Positions 40,506-49,600 of a stretch of 64,000 nt of DNA are shown here, one piece after another. The notes under the pieces are model-generated. The model searched no databases. It was not told where the DNA came from and saw nothing but the letters and a program-made list of their open reading frames with translations. This stretch comes from Azolla caroliniana. Lineage: Eukaryota > Plantae > Polypodiophyta. The translations under genes and the position numbers were made by a program. Location: contig JBHGNT010000015.1 of assembly GCA_043228905.1 (NCBI GenBank), positions 7,688,001-7,752,000 of the forward strand, in the 5' to 3' direction. Position 1 is the first letter of the stretch. Each line of letters starts with the position of its first letter.

Positions 40506-42658
40506 ATGGAATGGGGAGTTTTTGTGGCTGAGGTCATGATGTTTGGACTAAAGACAACCCCCGCTATGTTCTAACGCACCATTACAGAGATATTTGGTGA
40601 CTTTATCCTTGCATTCATGCATGTCTTTCTCAATGACTTTGCAGTGTATGGGTCGCGAGGGGATCACTTGGGCCATCTCAGGCTGTGTTTGGAATGGTGC
40701 CGTACTTCGTGCCTTAGCCATAACCCCGCTAAGTGCGCGTTCAGGGTCACAAACGGAACCCTTCTCGGTCATATCGTGAGCAAGGATGGCATCACAGTCG
40801 ATCCTAGCAAAATCAATGCCATTATCGAAGCAAAAACCCCCAGTAATGCAAAGGCCCTTAGTCGGTTCTTGGGGCAAATCCGTTGGCACAACCGTATGCT
40901 CCACTATTTAGCGGATTTCGCAACTCCCTTACACGCCGTGGTGCACCAGACACCATATACATGCACGACAATAGAGGATAAGGCATACAAAGCACTAAAA
41001 GTAATGCTGACACAAGCTCCCGTGGTACAGAGTTTGGACTGGTCAAAACCATTCCACATATTTGTAGATGCCTCCGACGTAGCAATAGGCAGCGCACTTA
41101 TGCAGCTCACCGAACCCATATGGTATCAACCGGTGTACTATTCTAGCTGCAAATTATCCAATGTGGACCGTAACTATTCGACGACGGAGTGCGAAGCTCT
41201 GGGAATGATCTACAACGTTAATAAATTCCGCCATTATCTATTAGGGCAAAAAGTCATGTTTCATGTGGATCACGCCGCATTACTATATCTGGTCGCAAAA
41301 CAGTCCTTAACTGGGAAACTAGCCAGATGGATGTTGCTCTTGTAGGAGTTTGAATTTGAGATCCAGCATCGACTAGGAACACAGCACGCCGTAGCGGATT
41401 ATTAAAGTAGGATCGATAATGGCGATGACGCAATACCTAGACAAGACGATTTCTGGACGCCGACATTCTGTGGATTGCGACAACTAGGACAAAAGAAGAC
41501 AAGAATTTCCCGGATCGGTGGCTGATGGAAATGACATACTTCTTAAGCATGGGACTACCACCGTTGTAGCTAAGAACAGACGAAAAGAAAAGACTCGCGG
41601 TACGGAGCCAGAATTTCTGCCGAATTGAAGGAATCTTATATCACAAAGGGATCGATGGTATCTAGTGGCGAGGCATACGACAGGACAAGAAAAACACGGT
41701 ATTAGAGGAGGCTCACTGCGGTACAGCAGGAGGCCATTACGCAAGGGATGTCACGGCCTAGAAAGTATGGCAAGCTGGTTTGTGGTGGCCAACTACGCAA
41801 AGAGATGCGTACACATACTGCAAAGAGTGCGACCTCTGCCAGTGGATGGGCCAACCAACGGAGATAGCATAGATGGCCCACCATCCAATGCTTCTGCTTG
41901 AACCTTTCTAGAAATGGGGCCATGATTTCGTCGGGCCCTTTTCACTAGGAACGGCCCGTATGGGAAACAAATATATTCTAGTAGCCACAGATTACTATAC
42001 GAAATGGGTGGATGCAAAAGCTTTGCAGGATAACACCTCAACGTCTACGCCAAATTTTTTATATGAACAGATTTGGTGCCGTTTTGGCTGTCCGATGGAG
42101 CTCATCAACGACCAAGGAAGCCATTTCTTGAATGGGTTCATTCATGATCTCACAAAACATTATGTCGTGGTTCACAAGAAGAGTACGCCGTATTATCCTC
42201 AGGCGAACGGGTTGGCGGAGTCGACGAACAAAACACTTCAGAATATCCTGAAAAACATCGTCAATGATAAAAGAATGGATTGGGACACGAAGTTACATAG
42301 TGCCTTATGGGCTTACAGCATAAGCTGCAAAATCAGCGTGCAGTCAACACCATTCCGACTGGCATTCGGGTTGGAAGCCGTAATGCCTATTGAGTTTCAG
42401 ATACCCAACTTACGCATACAAGTCCGCGAAAGGTTTTCGGAGGGCGAGTCCGAACAAATCCGGTTACAAGAATTACTCGAATTAGGCGAAGCTAGGGTCC
42501 ACAACATGGCGATCCTCGAACACGAGCAGCAACGATGGAAGGCTTTCGTGTGTTGTTCGGTCGACAACCAATATTGTCGACACAATATAAGTCGAATGTT
42601 GCTCACCGAACGTTCTATCAATGAATTGTGGTTAGACGAATAGATACTAAATGGCTGT

Positions 42659-43211
42659 AAACTTATTGATGTTAAACAAACATTGAGATCGTTATTTACG
42701 TAATAAAGTTCTGATAGAAAGGAAATAGATTGACAGAGCGCTTAGTGCACAGAGATTTCCTAAACTAAACATTATATTACTAAATAAAACGATATCGATG
42801 TTAAACTTATTGATGTTAAACAAACATTGAGATCGTTATTTACGTAATAAAGTTCTGATAGAAAGGAAATAGATTGACAGAGCGCTTAGTGCACAGAGAT
42901 TTCCTAAACTAAACATTATATTACTAAATAAAACGATATCGATGTTAAACTTATCGATGTTAAACAAACATTGAGATCGTTATTTATGTAATAAAGTTCT
43001 GATAGAAAGGAAATAGATTGACAGAGCGCTTAGTGCACAGAGATTTCCTAAACTAAACATTATATTACTAAATAAAACGATATCGATGTTAAACAAACAT
43101 TGAGATCGTTATTTATGTAATAAAGTTCTGATAGAAAGGAAATAGATTGACAGAGCGCTTAGTGCACAGAGATTTCCTAAACTAAACTTTATATTACTAA
43201 ATAAAACGATA
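42659..43211. repeat. 144-bp tandem repeat (~3.8 near-identical copies) inside the Gypsy-C LTR
   Basis: Units start at 42659, 42803 and 42947, plus a shorter fourth copy. Confidence 0.93.
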
Positions 43212-43512
43212 GATCTTTACACTACCTTCGGTTCCTTTTATAGGCAACCGTAAGGACTTTCTCATCAAGAAAACATACTGCCAAAAATGGCAAGAACTAC
43301 AAAAATCTATAACTAACTATAATTTTGGTTTTAATTTAATTCGGCAAAATGCTGACTCATCGATCCTTTATACCGATCCGACTCTGACTCTGACTCTGAG
43401 GAGACCTTCTACATTTCCGACTCCGACGCTTCCCCACTTGTCCGGGTAACACTTGGCACGCCCGTGGGCCAGGGCCTTGCCCGACAAACCCACGATACCC
43501 CTTCTACTCTTG

Positions 43513-46026
43513 CTATTCCGAAGGAAGGTCCTCGTCTAATTTATCCTCCGCATCATCCTCCAGAATATCGAACAATGAAGGTTCAGGTTGTTGCACGTCT
43601 TCTTCATCTTCATCTTCGTCTTCAGATTCTATAAACTTGTGTGTATCTTCGGTCGATGGTCTTGGTTCCTTTGTTTCCCGTGCTCCGAGTCCTTGGGTTT
43701 GGCTTCGCTTTTCAGCTTCAAGGTTGTCGAGTTGGAAGGACAACTGAGTCGACATCGTGTTTGTCGAATTCTTGCATAATTCAACTAACTTCTTCTCTGT
43801 GACAAGCCGCTATCTTGTACAAGTCTTTAGCAATATCCTCTTGAATAGTTGATATTGCCTCTTCTGTCATTTTGAAGAAACCTTGCCCGTGAGCCTTCCT
43901 ATTGTCTTTGTCGGCACGTAACAGTTGAAGTTCGGCTACTTGTGCCGACCAGGTTTTCTAGCCCTTATCTATGGACTCATTCACCATCTTCAAGGTGTTA
44001 AGCTTATGGCATTTTAGGATAGCTCAAATTCTTTCCTCGGTTATACTTGCCTGAAACTGTGCTGCTACCAATGTTTTTCGCAAATCATTAATTTGAGCAT
44101 TATTTTCTCCTTTTGTTTGCAACTGCTTGCCTTGCGTGAGTAACAGGTCAAGTCGCCTTTTTTCAGACACAACTTCCACTTTTGAACACCGTCTTTCTAG
44201 AGTTGCCCTAGCTGATTCCCATTCTTCTTGCTGTCGATTATATTTTTCGTTGACTTCATTCAGCAAGGTTTCTTTTCCGACCATCTCTTCTGCAAAATAT
44301 TTTTCTTGTATTTTTACATATTATTCGAGCTCCTCCACTTGCTCAGTGTTTTGGCGCGTGGCTTCCTGCTGCTATGCTAACTTTCGGCGTAGTTGTTGAA
44401 TCAAATTGTCCTTTGCATCGAGCCATTTTCTGACTTTCATCTTTGCCAGTTTTAACCGATCCTCAATTTTCTTGGATCGGATTTCGGCTTTTTCGGCTCT
44501 AGCTTCTGCCTCCTTGAGTGCTACTTCTACTTGTTGTAGCTTTTGTTGCAATTCTTGATCAGCCTCCAAAGGTCTGCTTGACTCCCTCTGCAACATTTCC
44601 TCCCTTGTTTTCTGCAGTTGCTCCTCTGCTTGTCGGAGTTGTTCCGTCAACTGCTGGTTTTCGACTTTCATGTTTGTACATTGTGCGTTTAGCACTTCCG
44701 ACGCCACTGATGATTTTTTGTATAAATCAGCCATATCTTTGGTTGCTCGGCTGACCTTTTCATATTCTCGATGTACTTCTACCAAAGCCTCATGTAACGG
44801 TGGCATCTAGATAGCCTCACCCTTGTTTATCGCACTCCGCTGTCGGCCGATTCGATCCAACTCTTGTTGCTCTTTCGGCTCGATAACTCCACTCAATGAC
44901 TTTTGGATCATTATCTGATCCCGGTGCTCCTGTGCCATTCTTTCCGACACCTCTTGTAATCTTCGTGCTAACCATTCTACTAGCTCATACGATGTTCCAA
45001 ATTGTAGAATAGCTGCCAATTCATGTGTCGTTGGAGGATTGTCGGAAAAGCCTACTGCTTCTCGCACTATTGTTATTGATGATTGCCCTTTTTTAACTTT
45101 GGTCATGTCGTTAGGATTGACACGAGGTATTTGTGTGCTCTGTGTGCCTTGGTCGTCGGTTCTTTGTTTCTTTTGCGCAGGCTCCTCTTGCTGAGTCTGA
45201 GGAAATCGTTGGGCCCTTTGTTTCACCCTTCGCAACTGTTGTGTTGGCTGTTCAGTTACGACAAGTGTCGATTTTTGTTGTGTTTGCGACTACGGTGGTG
45301 TGGTGGTCCTAGGGTCCGGTTGTTGTTCAGATTCCGGCTGTGTGGCCGGTTGTTTTTCAAGTTTTGGTTGTGGTGAGGCCGGTTGTTGTTCGGGTTTCGG
45401 CTATGTTGTCGACTCAAATTCTGGTTGCTGTTGAGGTTCTGATTGAGTGCTGTCGACATGCGTTGATGCTTGTGGCCGTGGTGGCCTTTGTTCTTGCGGT
45501 TGGTTTTCCGATCTTGGAGTCAGAAACAATATTGACAACCAACGAGCAAATATCGGTTTCATTGGTTTCCCTGTCTGCACCCCATACAGTTGATCTCGTA
45601 GAGCTTCTGTTGATAGCAACCCCCAGTCAAAAATTTCGCCCTCACATGTGGCGATTATGAATCTGGCCTGCGTCTTGGGCATACAATAAAACTAGGGACT
45701 TACATACCCTACTTCCAACAAAAATTTGGGCACTTCATGAAAAAATCATCCTCTCCTGCTTGCGTTTGGAAAGCCTTCGCAAAGGGAGAATATTCCCCGA
45801 AATATGAACTTAGGACATCCTTGTCCATTTTCTGGACAACATCGAAACCTTCTCTTTTGAATTCCAAAGCAAAATGTACCTTCTTATTAGTGATTGTCGA
45901 TACATCGATTTGCTGTAGGATTTCTGCAGCACGAGGGTGAGGTTCTGCTTCTGCAACTTTGATGAAACCTTGGAGGTTCTTGTTAACGAGCCATTGTTGC
46001 AAGTTGTCAGAAATAGAAATCGGCAT
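43513..46026 (-). pseudogene. Gypsy-C accessory ORF (globular N-terminus, Q/P-rich linker, coiled coil, conserved C-terminal motif), disrupted
   Basis: ORF fragments 45709-46188, 45401-45682, 44807-45235, 44372-44806, 44024-44284 and 43513-43755 align with the Gypsy-D ORF at 61409+. Confidence 0.8.
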
Positions 46027-46654
46027 ATTCTCATCGTCGACTGATGAATCGAAGTTCTGTGGTGGGGGGGAAGAGAGCTTCAGACTATGGCGATGAAGAG
46101 CAGAAAACTTTTCAACATGTATATGCTTCTTTCTCTGTGGTGAAATAGACGTTGCAGAAATAGGTTTTAAGGAAATAACATGTTGCATGATGCCTAGGGA
46201 ATAGAAAAGATACTATTAATGTAAGTAAAAATCTAGGAATAGCAATAATGACTGTTAGTTGCATGCCTCCATTACCCCTTTACTTATAGTGTGTCCAAGT
46301 CTTTTCCAAGATTTTCCTTTTGACAGTTAGTTACCTTTTGCCAAGATAATCTATAGTTAGTTAGTTTTTATTTATTTTTTAGGTGTGACGTATGCCACGT
46401 CACTTTGCATTAGTTTCGACTTTAAATGGGTTTTCCGGAATTGGCCCGTGATACGGTTTAAGCCGGAAACCATTCACCCATTTTGGTAAAATCTCGCCTG
46501 ATAATGCACCAACTTGATACGTCCCATTTTTGCTGTTCACGATCGAAACTGGTCCTATCCATCGAAATCGTAATTTTCCCGGCATTGCCCCCATCTTAGT
46601 TTGGAATATTAATACCGGTTTTCCGATTTCAAACTGTGTTTCGGTCTGACGTTT

Positions 46655-49600
46655 TGTTGAGAATCGAACCTTCTATTCACCTTCTTCGGTCGGCCACAAC
46701 CGATTAATCGCGGATCAATGGAGCAGAAAATAGGAACCACACGGAGAAACAAAATAAAACGCGAGTACACAGGGATTAACGTGGAAAACCCTAGACGGGA
46801 AAAACCACGGGAGTACAAGACTCCAAACCAAACACTATACAGAGAAGTATACAATGGCGAGCTGCAAGGCGACGACCTTGAGCTCGCTGTCCTCGCCACA
46901 GGCGGCGGAAATACACAGAGGCGTCTACCTCTTCGTCTCTCGCGCTCTATCTCTCTCTCTCTCTCACGGCTGCTCTCTCTTCACTCCCCTTGAGTGGAAA
47001 AACAGAAAAATAAGCAGCAACAGCAAACTGTTTGCCCTAAGTCATATTTATACACATATGACTTTCGGGCTATTTACAAATATAGCCTCAAGGGCTCTTG
47101 GCAAACATATTCACAAATATGTCCCCGCATCCGGATCTTTCTCCGGGTACATTCGTCATCCGGCTCCGTAACCGGGGTCTTCAGCATCCGGCTCCGTAGT
47201 CGGGGTCTTCTGCATCCGGCTCCGTAGTCGGGGTCTCTTCATCCGGCTTCATGCCGGATACTCTTCATCATCCGGTTCCGTAACCGCAACCGGGCTTGCC
47301 GTCATTCATCTCCGGACATCCCATCCGGAGGGACCGAAATCCCAACAAACTCCCCCTTCACTTCGGCATGGGATGTCTCTCCAATCCAATCCTCTTCCGG
47401 CATGCTTCCAGCTTGTCGGGTGTGAGCACCTTGGTCAGCATATCCGACCCGTTGTCGTTCGTGTGGATCTTCGTCAGCACGAACTCCTTGTCTTCTATCC
47501 TTTCCCGGATCCAGTGGTATCTACGCTGGATGTGTTTCGTCCGGGAATGGTAGGCCGCGTTCTTTGCAAGGTGGATGGCACTCTGACTATCGCAGTAGAG
47601 TCGGTACTCCTCCTGCCGGATACCGAGCTCTCTGATGAAGTCCTTCATCCATATTATTTCCTTGCCGGCTTCAACAGCCGCCATGTACTCCGCCTCCGTG
47701 GTTGACAGCGCAACCGTCTTCTGCAGCCTCGACTGCCACGAAACAGCTCCCCCTGCATACGTCATCACATACCCTGATGTGGACCGGCTGGTATCTGCAT
47801 CAGCCGACATATCCGAATCGGTAAAGCCGTCGAGTTCGGGCTTACCGGAGCCGAATCGGAGGCACACGTTTGCCGTGCCCTTCAGGTATCGAAGTATCCA
47901 CTTAACCGCGTTCCAGTGTTCTTTGCCGGGATTGCTCATGTACCGGCTCACCACTCCGACTGCGTATCCTATGTCCGGTCTTGTACACACCATTGCGTAC
48001 ATCAAGCTTCCGATGGCAGAGGCATATGGTACTTTCATCATGTCCTCTTTCTCTGCCTTTGTCTTGGGGCTTTGCTTGCTGGACAACTTGCAGTTTGCCG
48101 GGAGAGTTGATCCAACTGGTCTTGCTTCCGACATGTTGAACCGGTGAAGCACCTTTGTCACGTACTTCTCCTGTGACAGCCACAACTGCTTCTTCTTCCG
48201 GTCCCGGATGATGTGCATCCCTAGTATCTGTCTCGCCGGACCCAAGTCCTTCATTGAGAAGGTTCGGTGAAGAGCCTTCTTCAGCATCCGTATCTTGACC
48301 TGGTCCCGTCCGACGATCAACATGTCGTCCACGTACAGGAGGAGTATTAGAGAGTCTCCTCCTTCGAATTTCTTCACAAACACGCAGTGATCAGACTGCG
48401 TTTTGTGGTACCCTTCGTCGGTCATGAAGGAGTCGAACTTCCGGTACCATTGCCGGGGAGCCTGCTTCATCCCGTAAAGGCTCTTCTTCAACCGGCATAC
48501 CAGGTGCTCCTTCCCTTTCTTCTCGAATCCTTCCGGTTGCTGCATGTAGATCTCTTCTTCGAGGTCACCGTGAAGGAATGCCGTCTTCACGTCCATCTGT
48601 TCTACCTCGAGGTCCATGTTTGCCGCTATGCTCAGCACCGTCCGGATGGAGGTCATCTTCACTACCGGGGCAAATATCTCGTCGAAGTCGACGCCCTTCT
48701 TCTGCTGGAACCCCTTCACCACGATCCTGGCTTTGTATCTCGGGGGGTTTCCGGCATCTCCCGGTTTCAGCTTGAACACCCACTTGTTTCGAAGTGCCCG
48801 CTTTCCTTTCGGCAACTCCACAAGTTCATATGTGTGGTTCTCATGCAGGGAATCCATCTCGTCCTGCATGGCACTCAACCACCTGCGGCTCTGGGTGTCA
48901 TGCTTCGCTTCCTCAACGCTCTCCGGCTCCCCCTCGTCGGTTAGCAACACGTGCTCTGGTTCCGGAAATCTCCGGGGGGCCCTTCTCTCTCTTAGAGGAT
49001 ATCTCCGTTCCGGAGCTTCGGTAACCGGTTCTTCCGATTCTTCTTCATCCGAATCCATTTCGGGATCGGGGCCGGTTCCGGTATCATTTTCATCTTCTTC
49101 GGCCGGTTCTGTTTCTTCACCGTCTTCGGCCGGATCCTCGAGTGCTAACCGGTCCCATGCCGGTCGGGACTGCTCCTCGTAGAGTTGATCCTCACCGGTC
49201 GACTTGGAGCTCTTCATCTTCTTCTCCGACTCCCAGTCGGTGAGTATCTTGTCCTCCATGAAGATGATATCTCGACTCCTGAATATCTTCTTGTCGACCG
49301 GGTCCCATACTCGGTAGCCGAACTCGTCGTCGCCGTAACCGAGGAATATGCATGGCCGGGTCTTTGGATCTAGCTTTCCTCTCCGGTCCTTTGCCACATG
49401 CACGTATGCGAGACACCCGAACACCTTCAGATGCCGGTAGGACACTTCCTTACCGGTCCACACTTTCTGCGGCGTGTCTCCGTCCAAAGGTACTGAGGGT
49501 GATCTGTTTATCACGTATGCCGCCGTCGACATTGCCTCAGCCCAAAACCCCTTGGGTAATTTCGCATGCGCCAGCATACTCCGGACCCTCTCCATTATGG

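Larger units (their letters stand above)
34460..42550 (+). mobile_element. Gypsy-B: degenerate non-chromovirus Gypsy (5' LTR, gag, PR, RT, RH, INT), 3' end missing
   Basis: LTR 34460-34947; PBS TGGCACGCC at 34952 (tRNA-Arg type); IVDDGSGVNVI, YSFLDGFSGYNQV, FHIFVDASD, STPYYPQANGLAE; no additional (archaeal-type) RNase H visible between RH and INT. Confidence 0.9.

Noticed and set aside
43454-43497. Functional tRNA gene
   Set aside because: Only a 3'-end-like fragment; no D arm, anticodon arm or 5' acceptor strand
44024-44806. Host myosin/SMC-like coiled-coil gene
   Set aside because: No exon structure, lies between integrase and the 3' LTR, and is homologous to the Gypsy-D accessory ORF
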